A stretch of 51,158 nucleotides of DNA from Candidatus Merdicola sp. (GCA_048393175.1 DBFJJM010000006.1:1-51158), one strand, 5' to 3'; positions 8,898 to 19,849 are shown, counted from the first letter of the stretch. The notes: a model not told the origin generated them from the sequence alone. A program made the numbers and translations.

Positions 8898-9018
8898 CGA
8901 TTTCATCTATATATTTAATATTTTATGGAAAAGGATGTAATATTTGATAATCAATATGTATTAGATGTAGGAATCTATTTTTTGTATATATAAAGTTGTT
9001 TTGGCACTACTAAAAAGT

Positions 9019-9046
9019 GTCCCGGAAACAACTTCCGGGACTTTTT
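9019..9046. terminator. Bidirectional intrinsic terminator
   Basis: GTCCCGGAA-acaac-TTCCGGGAC is followed by TTTTT, and A-runs lie upstream so it also works on the minus strand. Confidence 0.8.
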
Positions 9047-9063
9047 ACGTCCTTTGTTTTAGG

Positions 9064-9249
9064 TCAGAATCTTGTAGGATGATAAAATATTCCACAAGAA
9101 TATCTGCCGTCCTCGTATTTGTCAAAGTCCTTACTCGTGAAATTGGATTCGTTTGCTAAATCAGCTAGAATATGCTGAAGCTCAGAATCGGGAAGAATTC
9201 CACGAATGCCAGAAAGTTCTGGGTCAAATACGATAAACAAAGGTTTCAC
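9064..9249 (-). CDS. Small hypothetical protein
   Basis: An AGGAGG RBS lies directly upstream. The start is probably TTG at about 9240, because the GTG at 9249 overlaps the RBS. Confidence 0.45.
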   Translation of the reverse strand: MKPLFIVFDPELSGIRGILPDSELQHILADLANESNFTSKDFDKYEDGRYSCGIFYHPTRF

Positions 9250-9362
9250 CTCCTATTAGTAGGATTACTTTTATTATACTATAAAAGTAATGTTTTGGAA
9301 AGAAAAAAGAAATACAAACAAGAATCATTGCATATTTATAATTATATGATACAATAATGGTA

Positions 9363-9386
9363 GTAAAAATATAACTATATTTTTAC
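9363..9386 (+). promoter_or_regulatory. 11-bp perfect palindrome in the dapF leader
   Basis: GTAAAAATATA-ac-TATATTTTTAC lies between a TTGCAT/TACAAT promoter-like pair and the dapF RBS. Confidence 0.3.
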
Positions 9387-9418
9387 AGGTTATTTATACC
9401 GATAAGAAGGTGGAAAAT

Positions 9419-10267
9419 ATGATTCAATTTACAAAAATGGAAGGGCTAGGGAATGATTATGTATATATCGATTGCACGAAAAAGAGTGAGCAAGAGATAA
9501 AACAAATCACATCCCTAGCTTCTTTTATTAGTGACAGACATTTTGGCGTGGGGTCAGATGGTCTTATTTTAATTTGTACAAGTAATGTTGCTGATTTTAA
9601 AATGAGTATGTTTAATAGTGATGGTAGTGAAGCAGAAATGTGTGGAAATGGAATTCGATGTGTTGGAAAGTTTGTGTATGACAAAAAAGTAACAGATAAA
9701 ACTTCTCTTTCTATTGAAACATTGGCAGGAATCAAATATTTAACGTTAAATGTAGAAAAAGAAAAAGTAAAGACAGTAAGGGTAGATATGGGAGAACCGA
9801 TTTTAGAGCCAAATCAGATACCTGTCATAGCAGACCAAAATCCCGTTACCCAATTACCGTTAAAAGTATTTGATAAAGAGTTTATAGTTTCTTGTGTTTC
9901 AATGGGAAATCCACATGCTATTTGTGAAATCGAAAAATTAGAGGATTTTCCGATTGAAACATATGGACCTATTTTAGAAAAAGACGAACATTTTCCAAAG
10001 AAGTCTAACATTGAATGGATTGAAATAGTTAATCGTCAAAAGGTGAAAATGAGAGTTTGGGAAAGAGGAGCAGGAGAAACGTTAGCTTGTGGTACAGGTG
10101 CATGTGCTGCAGCAGTAGCTTGTATATTACAAGGAAAAACAGATAGAAAAATAACAGTAGAGCTATTAGGAGGAAAATTAGAAATTGAGTGGGATGAACA
10201 GACGAATCATGTATTTATGACCGGACCTGCAAAAATTGTTTTTGAAGGAGTAATAAACGAAAAGTAG
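9419..10267 (+). CDS. dapF: Diaminopimelate epimerase
   Basis: It has the [13 protein letters not shown]-terminus and both catalytic Cys contexts (MCGNGIRC and ACGTGACA). The start ATG 9419 is preceded by a GAAGGTGG RBS. Confidence 0.9.
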   Translation: MIQFTKMEGLGNDYVYIDCTKKSEQEIKQITSLASFISDRHFGVGSDGLILICTSNVADFKMSMFNSDGSEAEMCGNGIRCVGKFVYDKKVTDKTSLSIETLAGIKYLTLNVEKEKVKTVRVDMGEPILEPNQIPVIADQNPVTQLPLKVFDKEFIVSCVSMGNPHAICEIEKLEDFPIETYGPILEKDEHFPKKSNIEWIEIVNRQKVKMRVWERGAGETLACGTGACAAAVACILQGKTDRKITVELLGGKLEIEWDEQTNHVFMTGPAKIVFEGVINEK

Positions 10268-10296
10268 ATTTATTTTTAAGAAAGGAGACAAAGTAA

Positions 10297-11529
10297 ATGG
10301 TTAAAATAAATGAGAATTATTTAAAATTGCAAGATAGTTATTTGTTTTCTACAATTGCCCAAAAAATAGAAGAGTTCCAAAAAAAGCATCCAGATAAAGA
10401 GATAATTAAACTAGGAATTGGAGATGTGACAAGACCAATCATTCCATGTGTTGTAGAAGCAATGGAAACAGCAGCTAAAGAGATTGGGACACAAAAGGGA
10501 TTTAAGGGATATGGACCAGAGCAAGGGTATGATTTTTTAAGAGAGAAAATAGTAGAAAAAGATTATCAAAGTAGAGGCATAACTATTACCAAAGAAGAGG
10601 TTTTTGTTTCTGATGGGGCAAAGTGCGATTGTGGAAATATTGGAGATATTTTTTCACAAGAAAATAGAGTGGCTATTACTGACCCGGTTTATCCTGTTTA
10701 TTTAGATACCAATGTCATGGCAGGAAGAAGCGGAGAGTATGATGAAAAGAAGGGGAAATATGACAAAATAGTATATTTACCTTGTACAGCAGAAAATAAA
10801 TTTATTCCTTCTTTTCCAAAAGAACCAGTGGACTTTATTTATTTGTGTTTACCCAATAATCCAACTGGTACGGTTTTAACGAAACAAGAACTGACTAAGT
10901 GGGTAAACTATGCAAAACAGAATCAATGTTTAATCTTATTTGATTCTGCCTATGAAGCTTTTATTCGAGAAGAGAATATACCACATAGTATTTATGAAAT
11001 AGATGGTGCCAAAGAAGTAGCAATTGAATTTAGAAGTTTTTCTAAAACAGCAGGTTTTACAGGGGTTAGGTGTGCTTATACAGTAGTACCAAAGCAGTTA
11101 AAAGGACAAACAAAACAAGGAAAAGAAATTTCTTTAAATGCATTATGGAATCGTAGGCAATGTACTAAATTTAATGGCGTTTCTTATGTAACACAAAAGG
11201 CGGCAGAAGCAGTATATTCAGAAAAAGGGCAACAACAAATTAAAGAAAATATTGATTATTATATGGAAAATGCAAAAATGATACGAGAAGGACTAGTCAA
11301 AGCAGGGTTTGAAACGTATGGTGGAAAAAATGCACCCTATATTTGGTTAAAGGTACCAAATGGAATTACTTCATGGGAATTTTTTGATATGCTATTAGAA
11401 AAAGCAAATGTAGTAGGAACACCAGGAGTGGGATTTGGGCCAAGTGGAGAAGGCTATTTTCGTTTAACTGCGTTTGGAACAAGAGAAGATACCAAACAAG
11501 CCATTCAAAGAATCATAGAGGCTTTTTAA
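10297..11529 (+). CDS. dapL: LL-diaminopimelate aminotransferase
   Basis: It is a class I aminotransferase with [22 protein letters not shown] and the [13 protein letters not shown]-lysine motif. It is adjacent to dapF. Confidence 0.85.
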   Translation: MVKINENYLKLQDSYLFSTIAQKIEEFQKKHPDKEIIKLGIGDVTRPIIPCVVEAMETAAKEIGTQKGFKGYGPEQGYDFLREKIVEKDYQSRGITITKEEVFVSDGAKCDCGNIGDIFSQENRVAITDPVYPVYLDTNVMAGRSGEYDEKKGKYDKIVYLPCTAENKFIPSFPKEPVDFIYLCLPNNPTGTVLTKQELTKWVNYAKQNQCLILFDSAYEAFIREENIPHSIYEIDGAKEVAIEFRSFSKTAGFTGVRCAYTVVPKQLKGQTKQGKEISLNALWNRRQCTKFNGVSYVTQKAAEAVYSEKGQQQIKENIDYYMENAKMIREGLVKAGFETYGGKNAPYIWLKVPNGITSWEFFDMLLEKANVVGTPGVGFGPSGEGYFRLTAFGTREDTKQAIQRIIEAF

Positions 11530-11550
11530 GAAAAGAAGAAAAGATAAAGC

Positions 11551-11587
11551 AAAAGAAACCAGAAGGATTTTCCTATGGTTTCTTTTT
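11551..11587. terminator. Bidirectional terminator between convergent dapL and the acyl-CoA ligase gene
   Basis: AAAAGAAACCA ... TGGTTTCTTTT has T-runs on both strands. Confidence 0.75.
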
Positions 11588-11613
11588 TAGAAATACTCTT
11601 AATCAGTTTATTC

Positions 11614-13365
11614 TCATTTTTCTTTCTTGTCTTGTTCTTGTTTTTCCATATTATTTCCGTAACGCTTTATTTTTTGTGTAGTCGTTTTTTCAAAATCTTC
11701 TTCTCTTACTTTAAAACTTTTGATGTGTTTGTAATTTGGCAATTTTTTATTAATGTTAGCAATTACTTCTGACATAATTGTTTTAATTTCTTCTTTTTGT
11801 GGAACGCTTACCTTTAAATATTCTTTGATAGCTTCCATATTAGGAAGAATTTGTGCATTAACATAAACTTCATCGTTATTTTCATAATTGAGTCCAGTTA
11901 CCAATGATTCTGAGATAAGTGGATGGCTATTTAAATATGTTTCTAGTTCTTCAGGATAAATATTTTCTCCATTTTTAGCAATAATAACAGTTTTACATCT
12001 ACCTGTAATATAAAGCCAGCCTTGTTCATCAATACGTCCTAAATCTCCTGTATAAAACCAACCGTCTTTTAATACTTTTTCTGTTTCTTCTGGATTATTG
12101 TAATAACCAAGCATGACATTTGGACCTTTTACAATGATTTCTCCTACACCATGTTCATCTGGATTTACTATTTTATAGGTTACATTTGGAATGGGAAGGC
12201 CAACTGCTTCGGGTTTTAAATAAAAATCGTTATTTCCTGCGACTAATGGAGAACATTCGGTAAGACCATATCCTTGAAGAGGCTTAATCCCCAAAGAAAG
12301 AAAAGATTCTACAATAGAAGAATTAAGAGGAGCAGCTCCTACAATAAATTTTTTAATGCGTCCTCCAAGTGAATTTTTTACTTTTCTTTTTACAATGATT
12401 TTCATAAAAGAAGGTAATTTGCTAATGAAGTTTTCTTCTTTTGTATAGTTTTCTGGTAAATTCTTTTTAACAGTTGTTTCAATTTTTTTATACATTTTTT
12501 CAAGTAATAAAGGAACGCATAGGATAACAGAAGGTTTAAATTCAGAAATATTTTGATTAATATAACGAAGTCCTTCACAATAACTAATACACCCTCCACT
12601 ATAAATGACTAGCAAATATCCTAAAGTACATTCATAAGTGTGGTGTAAAGGAAGAATAGATAAAACTTGGTCATTTCTTCTTACTTTTACAATTCCATAA
12701 GTAGATAAAATATTAGAGCAGATATTTCTGTGGGATAAACAAACTCCTTTTGCTTTTCCAGTAGTACCAGAGGTGAAAAGTAGAATACGCATTTCATCTG
12801 GGTCAATTTCAATTTTATCAAATCGAGTATCTCCTTCTTCTAATTGTTTGCTACCTGCTTGTTTAAAACGTGAATAAGACAAAAGAGAGTCTATATCTTT
12901 CTCTTGATTAAAATTAATTAAAAGTAGGGAAGGATTTTGAAGGTTTTGCTTATGTGCTTGAATTAATTCAAGATATTTTTGGTCTCCTAGTATTGCTTTC
13001 GCGTCAGATAAGTTTAAAAAATTAATGACGTCTTCTACATGTAATTCTTTATCAATTGGAACTACTACTCCTACAATGGTACTAGCTAAATAAGAAACAG
13101 CCCATTGATAACTGTTTTTTCCAATCACAGCAATTTTTTCATTCTGAAGGCCAGATTCAAGTAAGGAAGTACCAAGTGCAATTACATCTTTTTGGAAGGT
13201 ATCATAAGTAACTCCATAAATAGTACCGGTAGAATCTTTTAAACGAAAGGCATTTCGATTCGCATAGCGATTAGCAGAACGATATAGTAATTGTTTTAAA
13301 GTAGTTACTTCCTGGACGTCGTGGTATTTTTTTTGTAATTTTTGGGAGGTCGTTAATTTGCTCAT
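11614..13365 (-). CDS. Long-chain fatty acid-CoA ligase (AMP-binding enzyme)
   Basis: It has the LFTSGTTGKAKGV AMP-binding motif plus GYGLTE and YTGDLG. Confidence 0.85.
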   Translation of the reverse strand: MSKLTTSQKLQKKYHDVQEVTTLKQLLYRSANRYANRNAFRLKDSTGTIYGVTYDTFQKDVIALGTSLLESGLQNEKIAVIGKNSYQWAVSYLASTIVGVVVPIDKELHVEDVINFLNLSDAKAILGDQKYLELIQAHKQNLQNPSLLLINFNQEKDIDSLLSYSRFKQAGSKQLEEGDTRFDKIEIDPDEMRILLFTSGTTGKAKGVCLSHRNICSNILSTYGIVKVRRNDQVLSILPLHHTYECTLGYLLVIYSGGCISYCEGLRYINQNISEFKPSVILCVPLLLEKMYKKIETTVKKNLPENYTKEENFISKLPSFMKIIVKRKVKNSLGGRIKKFIVGAAPLNSSIVESFLSLGIKPLQGYGLTECSPLVAGNNDFYLKPEAVGLPIPNVTYKIVNPDEHGVGEIIVKGPNVMLGYYNNPEETEKVLKDGWFYTGDLGRIDEQGWLYITGRCKTVIIAKNGENIYPEELETYLNSHPLISESLVTGLNYENNDEVYVNAQILPNMEAIKEYLKVSVPQKEEIKTIMSEVIANINKKLPNYKHIKSFKVREEDFEKTTTQKIKRYGNNMEKQEQDKKEK

Positions 13366-13383
13366 TTTTCTTTTTTCCTTTCC

Positions 13384-14229
13384 TTATAATTTATAAAATT
13401 GATATGAGTGTAATTCTTCTAACACTTGCTTAATGTTACCATTTATAATAGTTTCCCCTGTTTGTGCATTTTCTAATGGTATGTTAAAGCTAATTGGACA
13501 AACAAATTCTTCTGCTAATCCATTTTGAATATGAATTTGAAAAGATATGCTAGCTTGAATGGATTGAAGAGGAATATTGGCTTTTTTTAACAAGCTACCA
13601 TCAAAAATTAGAGATGAGGTATCTCCAATAATGGCATTTGTTTTAATATTTTGATTAACATATTCTAATGTAATAGGTGTTTGACCTGTATTATATACGT
13701 TTGGCTCATTTGTGTCTAGAGCATAAGAAGCAGTGCTGACCGTATAGTCGAGACGATTTTCTATTTTATTTTCTTCTTTAGGAGTTACTTTTCCAAACAA
13801 ATCAATATTTTTGTAATAAAGAGAAGGCGTTCCTAGCTCTGGACTAGTTCCAAAAGAAAGATTATCAATCCATAGCTTTTCAATCGTGTTTTCTAAAGTT
13901 AATCCCTTGTCTGAATGATTATTTAAATAAATAGCAATATCCGTATATTGCATAATATTTAAATCCCATAGTGCTTTTGAAGTAGAATTATTAGTGGCAT
14001 CACAGCTACTAAAAAGAAAGATTTTATCTAAAGTAAAAATAACTCTTTCATTTTTATTTGTGAAAGAAATCACATCCTTTTCAAGGGATGTTTTAACATG
14101 TAGTTTTTGTGCTACATAAAAACTAAGAAAGAGAAATAAAACAAGACAAATTATTAATATAGTGAGAAATAAAATTTCCTTTTTAGAAAAGAAAGGGAAA
14201 TCTTTTTTGCGACCTCTTCTAGAAAACAT
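13384..14229 (-). CDS. Membrane-anchored hypothetical protein
   Basis: It has an N-terminal basic stretch and a single TM segment (ILFLTILIICLVLFLFLSFYV). It lies 18 nt upstream of the ligase gene, so the two are probably co-transcribed. Confidence 0.55.
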   Translation of the reverse strand: MFSRRGRKKDFPFFSKKEILFLTILIICLVLFLFLSFYVAQKLHVKTSLEKDVISFTNKNERVIFTLDKIFLFSSCDATNNSTSKALWDLNIMQYTDIAIYLNNHSDKGLTLENTIEKLWIDNLSFGTSPELGTPSLYYKNIDLFGKVTPKEENKIENRLDYTVSTASYALDTNEPNVYNTGQTPITLEYVNQNIKTNAIIGDTSSLIFDGSLLKKANIPLQSIQASISFQIHIQNGLAEEFVCPISFNIPLENAQTGETIINGNIKQVLEELHSYQFYKL

Positions 14230-14304
14230 AATAAGCCTCCTTTTTCTTTTCTATACTATATTATATTTCTTTTCTTTTCGCAAGTCACATTCCAAAAATA
14301 TCCG

Positions 14305-14333
14305 TTGACAAAAATAGACACAAAGTTTACAAT
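14305..14333 (+). promoter_or_regulatory. Sigma-A promoter
   Basis: TTGACA, a 17-nt spacer, then TACAAT, immediately upstream of the 14342 ORF. Confidence 0.6.
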
Positions 14334-14341
14334 ATAGCCAG

Positions 14342-15571
14342 GTGATACGAGTGGAAAAACAAAAGAAAAAGCAAGTTAAAACAAATCAAATCAGATATGT
14401 TATTGTTTTTAGTATATTACTAGTTATAGCCTTACTAATTAGTATTTTTTTTATCCTGTTTTATACAAATAAAAAGGTATATGCTTCTTCTCCAATAGAA
14501 GAAAAATCTTTTGAATTAGTAGAAGGTCAGGATAAAGATATTGAAGAAATTTTAAGAAACAATTTACAAAGTTCTATAAGAGAAGAAATGTTAACAGAGG
14601 AGATTGATTTAGAATATACAACAATATATGAGGAAAGTAGTGATTTGCCAAAAGGAAGAATGCAAGTAGTACAACAAGGAAGAGATGGTAAACAAGTTGT
14701 CGTAACTAAAAAAACATATGAGGGTGACAACTTAATACAAGAAAGACAAAGTGGAAACACGGTTACAAAACCAGCGATTCAGAAAATAGTACAAATTGGT
14801 ACAGGAAGTGGTCTTAGCAATACAAAACCCAAAAAAGGAGACCCTCTTTATGTCGTTTCCTATACCTTAGACATGATGGCTCAGCCAGATACGAAAAGTG
14901 ATAAAAGAACCACTTTAATAAAAGGAGAAGAAGTCATTTTACTGTCTATCAAAAAGGAGTGGTATGAAGTACAAAAAGGAGAAGATATTGGTTGGGTAGA
15001 AGCTAATTGTTTGACAAATTTTCATACGAATGACCAACAAGATGAAAAAGCACTATCGAATAAGACTCTCCAAGCAAAATTAAGTAAAAATATGAAATTA
15101 AATCAGCCAAGTGGATTATCCTTAAACCAGTTTAAGAAAATTTTATCTTCTCATTCACAAGATAAAAATAAGATATTTGAACAAAATGCACAGTATTTTT
15201 ATTATATTGAAAAACAATATAACATTAATGGTGTTTTTGTAGCAGCAGTAGGAATTCACGAGAGTAATTGGGGCACTTCTAAAATTGCACAAAATAAGAA
15301 AAATCTATTCGGCTATGGGGCAAGTGACGGGTCAGCTTATACCAATGCTTATTCTTTTGGCACTTACGCAGAAGGAATTGATTTGATTGCACGTGTATTG
15401 GTTAAATATTATTTAAATCCAGCAGGAACGAAAATTTACGATAATCAAGTAGCTTTAGGGAAATATTATACCAGTCCAACACTAGAGTCTGTAAACAAAC
15501 GCTATGCAAGTGATAAAAATTGGGCAAATGCTGTATATAAACAAATGCAAAATTTATATGAGAAATTATAA
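14342..15571 (+). CDS. Secreted peptidoglycan hydrolase (G5 + SH3b + N-acetylglucosaminidase domains)
   Basis: It has an N-terminal TM/signal anchor, a G5-like VVQQGRDGKQVVVTKKTYEGD, an SH3b-like WYEVQKGEDIGWVEANCL, and a glucosaminidase FVAAVGIHESNWGTS...NLFGYGA. The start may be GTG 14351. Confidence 0.8.
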   Translation: MIRVEKQKKKQVKTNQIRYVIVFSILLVIALLISIFFILFYTNKKVYASSPIEEKSFELVEGQDKDIEEILRNNLQSSIREEMLTEEIDLEYTTIYEESSDLPKGRMQVVQQGRDGKQVVVTKKTYEGDNLIQERQSGNTVTKPAIQKIVQIGTGSGLSNTKPKKGDPLYVVSYTLDMMAQPDTKSDKRTTLIKGEEVILLSIKKEWYEVQKGEDIGWVEANCLTNFHTNDQQDEKALSNKTLQAKLSKNMKLNQPSGLSLNQFKKILSSHSQDKNKIFEQNAQYFYYIEKQYNINGVFVAAVGIHESNWGTSKIAQNKKNLFGYGASDGSAYTNAYSFGTYAEGIDLIARVLVKYYLNPAGTKIYDNQVALGKYYTSPTLESVNKRYASDKNWANAVYKQMQNLYEKL

Positions 15572-15689
15572 AGAAATGAAATTTTCTGTAATATCTTAAA
15601 AATTTTCGAACTCGACATAATACTATAAAATGTAATAATAAAGTGTAAGTTTTTTACAATACTTTTAAGCTATTTTGAAAGGAAGGTAT

Positions 15690-15965
15690 AACAAGATGAT
15701 GCAACTAGTTTAGCTTCAGATGGAGATAGCAGCAAGAAAAGGAGAGTCTGATGTACTACTTTTGGTATTTCCTTCAGAAGTACAAGAACTTGAGAAGGAG
15801 GGCTTTTCTTGTAAAAAGGTAAGAGACAATTGGTACAGAATTTCGTGGGAGAATGTGCATGCAGACCTTCCCTTATCACAATGGAAAGCATCTGTTATTC
15901 ACGGGAGCAAAGGCTTGGTGGCATAAAAGCAGGCGAGGAGCACTCATTTATGGGGTGTTCTTTTG
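15690..15965 (+). ncRNA. GC-enriched intergenic island: candidate structured RNA (unknown family)
   Basis: The local G+C is clearly above its surroundings. There is long-range complementarity between GGAGAGTCTG (15741-50) and CAGACCTTCC (15862-71). Internal hairpins are TGTACT...AGTACA and ACAAGAA...TTCTTGT. A terminal hairpin GAGCAC...GTGTTC plus TTTT lies at 15938-15964. Confidence 0.3.
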
Positions 15966-16098
15966 CCGTTTAATCGCTTTAGTATTTTATATTAAGAAAA
16001 GTATAAATGAAAAAAATATTAAGAAATTCAGAAAAAGGGATGCATTTTTCGAATAAAGTATGATAGAATAACTTTCGATTATATTACGTTAAAGGAGA

Positions 16099-16821
16099 GT
16101 GTTTGGTTTCGTGGGAGAAAAAGTAAAATACAAACGAATTTTATTAAAATTAAGTGGAGAAGTGCTAGCTGGTGAAAAGAAGACAGGAATTGATGTAGAA
16201 GTACTTGGCAGAATTTGTGATGAGATTAAAAAAGTAGTACAATTGGGAGTTCAAGTAGCTATTGTAGTAGGCGGAGGGAATTTTTGGAGAGGACGTTATG
16301 GGCACCAAATGGAAAGAACAACAGCAGACTATATGGGAATGCTTGCTACAGCGATGAATGGATTAGCACTGCAAGACGCATTAGAGGCAAGAGGACTTTA
16401 TTCTAGAGTACAAACAGCAATTGAAATGAGAGAGATTGCAGAACCGTATATAAAGAGGAAAGCATTAAAACATTTAGAAAAAGGAAGGGTAGTTATTTTT
16501 GCTTGTGGTACAGGAAATCCTTACTTTACTACTGATACAGCAGCTTCTTTAAGAGCAGCCGAAATGGATGCAGATGTTATTTTATTAGGAAAATCAATTG
16601 ATGCTGTTTACTCAGCAGACCCAGAAAAAGACCCAACGGCACAAAAATATGACCAAATTAGTTATTTAGATATTTTAAATCAAGATTTAAAAGTAATGGA
16701 TTCTACTGCCACATCTTTATGTAAAGATAACAATATACCCCTTGTTGTATTTGGAATTGATGACCCAGAAAATATTGTAAGAGTGGTAAAGGGAGAAAAA
16801 ATAGGAACGATTGTTAAATAA
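16099..16821 (+). CDS. pyrH: UMP kinase
   Basis: Motifs [11 protein letters not shown] and [10 protein letters not shown] are present. The start is uncertain (GTG 16099 or GTG 16111). Confidence 0.95.
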   Translation: MFGFVGEKVKYKRILLKLSGEVLAGEKKTGIDVEVLGRICDEIKKVVQLGVQVAIVVGGGNFWRGRYGHQMERTTADYMGMLATAMNGLALQDALEARGLYSRVQTAIEMREIAEPYIKRKALKHLEKGRVVIFACGTGNPYFTTDTAASLRAAEMDADVILLGKSIDAVYSADPEKDPTAQKYDQISYLDILNQDLKVMDSTATSLCKDNNIPLVVFGIDDPENIVRVVKGEKIGTIVK

Positions 16822-16837
16822 GAAAGGAAGAGAAAAA

Positions 16838-17386
16838 ATGGATTATCAAAAATATGAAGAGAAAATGGAAAAGACGATTTATGTCTATCAAGAAAACTTA
16901 GCGGAAGTAAGAGCGGGAAGAGCTAATCCTGCTATCTTAAATAAAATTAAAGTAGATTATTATGGAACACCAACTCCAATTCATCAAATGGCAGGTATTT
17001 CTGTTCCAGAAGCAAGACTAATTGTGATTCAGCCTTGGGACCAAAGTATTTTAAAAGAAATAGAAAAGGCAATTCTTGCTTCTGATATTGGAATTCATCC
17101 AAATAATGATGGAAAAGTCATAAGATTAGCTTTTCCTGAATTAAATGAAGAAAGGAGAAAAGAATTAGTAAAAGACATTCGAAAAATGGCAGAGGAAGCT
17201 AAAGTAGCGATTCGCTCGATTCGTAGAGAAGGAATGGATGATATGAAGACAAAAGAAAAAGAAGGAGAAATCACAGAAGATGATTTAGCAAAAGCAGAAG
17301 ATACCATTCAAAAATTAACAGATAAAATGGTAAGCAAAATAGATGACATTTTGTCTGAAAAAGAAACAGAAATCATGAGTGTTTAG
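16838..17386 (+). CDS. frr: Ribosome recycling factor
   Basis: EKMEKTIYVYQENLAEVRAGRANPAILNKIKVDYYG is present. The ATG at 16838 follows a GGAAGAG RBS. Confidence 0.95.
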   Translation: MDYQKYEEKMEKTIYVYQENLAEVRAGRANPAILNKIKVDYYGTPTPIHQMAGISVPEARLIVIQPWDQSILKEIEKAILASDIGIHPNNDGKVIRLAFPELNEERRKELVKDIRKMAEEAKVAIRSIRREGMDDMKTKEKEGEITEDDLAKAEDTIQKLTDKMVSKIDDILSEKETEIMSV

Positions 17387-17406
17387 ACATTTGGGAAGGA
17401 AGAAAA

Positions 17407-18288
17407 ATGGACTTTCAGACAGAACTTACAAAATATGTACAAAAAGTAGAACAAGAATTAACAAAATACATAGTGGTAGGACCTTGCCCAGAACAGAAAT
17501 TAAATCAAGCAATTGAGTATAGCTTAATGTCAGGGGGAAAACGATTAAGACCAGTTTTACTACTTGCTACCTATCATTTATTTAAACAAGAAGATGAAAT
17601 TTGTTTACCATATGCAGTAGCAATGGAAATGGTGCATAATTTTTCTCTTATTCATGATGACTTACCTGGAATTGATAATGATGATTTCCGACACGGAAAA
17701 CCAACTAATCATAAACAGTTTGGAGAATCCACTGCTATTTTAGCAGGAGACTGTTTGCTAAATATGGCATATAAAGTAATTGCACAAGATTTAAAAAAAT
17801 TTTCTTATGATAAAAAACGTATTCGTATTTTAGAAGAGTTTTCACAAGCAATAGAACGTATGATAGCAGGAGAATATGTCGATACCGAATACGAAGGAAA
17901 GAAAATTTCAGCACAATATCTAGAATATATGCATCAAAATAAGACAGGACAATTAATTCGAGAAGCGGTAAGAATGGGTGCCATTTTAGGAGAAGCAACA
18001 GAAGAGCAAATCGAAAAATTATCAATTTATGCAGAAAAAATAGGTCTTGCTTTTCAAATTCGCGATGATATTTTATCGGAAATCGGAAACGAAAAGACAT
18101 TAGGAAAACCAGTTGGTAATGATAGAAAAAGAGAAAAATGTACCTATGTTACCAAATATGGATTAGAAGAAGCACAAACACAATTAGAGCAAATTACAAA
18201 ACAAGCCAAACAGATTATGAGTACATTTGGACAAAAAGGAGAATTTTTAAAACAGTTAGCTCTTTATTTAGAAAAAAGAGAGAAATAA
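17407..18288 (+). CDS. Polyprenyl (farnesyl/geranylgeranyl) diphosphate synthase
   Basis: It has the first DDxxD region LIHDDLPGIDNDDFRHGKP and the second FQIRDDILS. Confidence 0.85.
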   Translation: MDFQTELTKYVQKVEQELTKYIVVGPCPEQKLNQAIEYSLMSGGKRLRPVLLLATYHLFKQEDEICLPYAVAMEMVHNFSLIHDDLPGIDNDDFRHGKPTNHKQFGESTAILAGDCLLNMAYKVIAQDLKKFSYDKKRIRILEEFSQAIERMIAGEYVDTEYEGKKISAQYLEYMHQNKTGQLIREAVRMGAILGEATEEQIEKLSIYAEKIGLAFQIRDDILSEIGNEKTLGKPVGNDRKREKCTYVTKYGLEEAQTQLEQITKQAKQIMSTFGQKGEFLKQLALYLEKREK

Positions 18289-18305
18289 TAAAGGTGGGTG
18301 AAGCA

Positions 18306-19013
18306 ATGCAAAATGATTTGTTACCAAAACATATTGCCATTATTATGGATGGAAACAGAAGATGGGCAAAAGAGCATCATTTAGACCTAAAACAAGGACA
18401 TATTGAAGGGGCAAAAACATTAGAACAAATTGTAAGAGATGCCCAAAAGATAGGGATAAAACATATTACCGTATATGCTTTTTCTACAGAAAATTGGAAA
18501 AGAACCGAAGAAGAGGTAGGAGCCTTAATGTTACTTCTTCAAAAGTATCTAGAAGACTATAGTAGAAGAGCTGATACAGAAAATATTAAAATACAAATTT
18601 TAGGTGATATACAAATTCTTCCTAAAGGAATGCAAAAAAGTATTGAAAAATGTGTAGAAAGAACCAAAAAAAATACTGGTATTATCTTTAATATTGCTTT
18701 TAATTATGGAGGAAGAGCAGAAATTACAAAAGCAGTAAAAGAAATTGCAAGAGAAGTAAAGGAAGAAAAACGATTGGTAGAAGAGATTGATGAAAAGCTT
18801 ATTTCAGACCATTTATATACGAAAGGGCAACCAGACCCAGATTTACTGATACGTACAAGTGGAGAATTGAGAACCAGTAATTTTTTACCATGGCAGCTTG
18901 TCTATTCAGAATTTGTTTTTATACAAAAACATTGGCCAGATTTTACCAAACAAGATTTAGAAGAAGCAATTAAACAGTACCAAAAAAGAACCAGAAAATT
19001 TGGAGGAAAATAG
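18306..19013 (+). CDS. uppS: Undecaprenyl diphosphate synthase
   Basis: Motifs HIAIIMDGNRRWA and RTSGELRTSNFLPWQ are present. The upstream part of the 18138 ORF is an overlap artefact. Confidence 0.95.
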   Translation: MQNDLLPKHIAIIMDGNRRWAKEHHLDLKQGHIEGAKTLEQIVRDAQKIGIKHITVYAFSTENWKRTEEEVGALMLLLQKYLEDYSRRADTENIKIQILGDIQILPKGMQKSIEKCVERTKKNTGIIFNIAFNYGGRAEITKAVKEIAREVKEEKRLVEEIDEKLISDHLYTKGQPDPDLLIRTSGELRTSNFLPWQLVYSEFVFIQKHWPDFTKQDLEEAIKQYQKRTRKFGGK

Positions 19014-19017
19014 AAAT

Positions 19018-19827
19018 ATGATGAATGTAAAACGTTTTACAACAGGCTTAATTGGATTTCCTATTGTAGCTGTTATTTTAGTATTTGGACCAATTTATTT
19101 AATTGATGTATTGTTTAGCATCATCGCTATTATGGCACTACATGAGTATTTTGATAGTTTTAAGGAAAAAGCAAAACCAGTTGTATGGCTTGGCTATATT
19201 GCTTGTATTATAATTGCTTTTATTCATGTAATACCAAAAGAATTTTTAATTCATGTGATTGCTGTTTTAGTTCCTCTATTTATACTAACTCTTTTTTTAC
19301 AAGTTTTACTTACCAATATGAAAACAAATGTAAAAGATATTTCTATTACCTTTTTTGGAATTTGTTATATTCCTTTGTTTTTAATGTTTGTCCCTATTTT
19401 GATGGGCCTAGAAAATGGTAAAATTTTAGTTTGGTATATTTTATTTACCGCATGGGGAACAGACGTATTTGCTTATTTAGTAGGAAAGCTATTAGGAAAA
19501 CATAAATTTAGTCAAATTAGTCCGAATAAAACAATAGAAGGATGTATAGGGGGAATAGTAGGGGCTCTTATTTTAAGCATTCTTTATACGATTGTTCTAA
19601 ATCATGTTTGGCAAATGAATCTTTCTTATATATGGATTGGTTTAATGGCTATTTTGTTAAGTATCATTGGTCAAATTGGGGATTTTGCTGCATCTTCTAT
19701 TAAACGCTATGTAGGGATAAAAGATTTTAGTAATTTAATTCCGGGTCATGGAGGTATGCTAGACCGTATTGATAGTATTATCTTTATTGCTCCATTTGCA
19801 TATTTTTTTATTCGCTTGATAATATAA
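19018..19827 (+). CDS. cdsA: Phosphatidate cytidylyltransferase
   Basis: It is multi-pass membrane protein with the SIKRYVGIKDFSNLIPGHGGMLDRIDS signature. Confidence 0.9.
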   Translation: MMNVKRFTTGLIGFPIVAVILVFGPIYLIDVLFSIIAIMALHEYFDSFKEKAKPVVWLGYIACIIIAFIHVIPKEFLIHVIAVLVPLFILTLFLQVLLTNMKTNVKDISITFFGICYIPLFLMFVPILMGLENGKILVWYILFTAWGTDVFAYLVGKLLGKHKFSQISPNKTIEGCIGGIVGALILSILYTIVLNHVWQMNLSYIWIGLMAILLSIIGQIGDFAASSIKRYVGIKDFSNLIPGHGGMLDRIDSIIFIAPFAYFFIRLII

Positions 19828-19849
19828 AAAACTTATAGGGGGAATTTCA

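Noticed and set aside
15720-15926. 68-aa ORF inside the GC-rich island upstream of pyrH
   Set aside because: There is no Shine-Dalgarno before its ATG, and its codon usage is unlike the neighbouring genes. I treat it as a possible RNA or fragment instead, although a small foreign protein cannot be excluded.
18138-18305. N-terminal extensions of ORF-track entries (uppS 18138, cdsA 19000, frr 16811, DUF1294 25950, polC 21626, tpiA 43855, relaxase 294)
   Set aside because: The extensions overlap the upstream gene, lack an RBS and carry non-conserved sequence. Internal ATGs with proper RBS spacing match the conserved N-termini.
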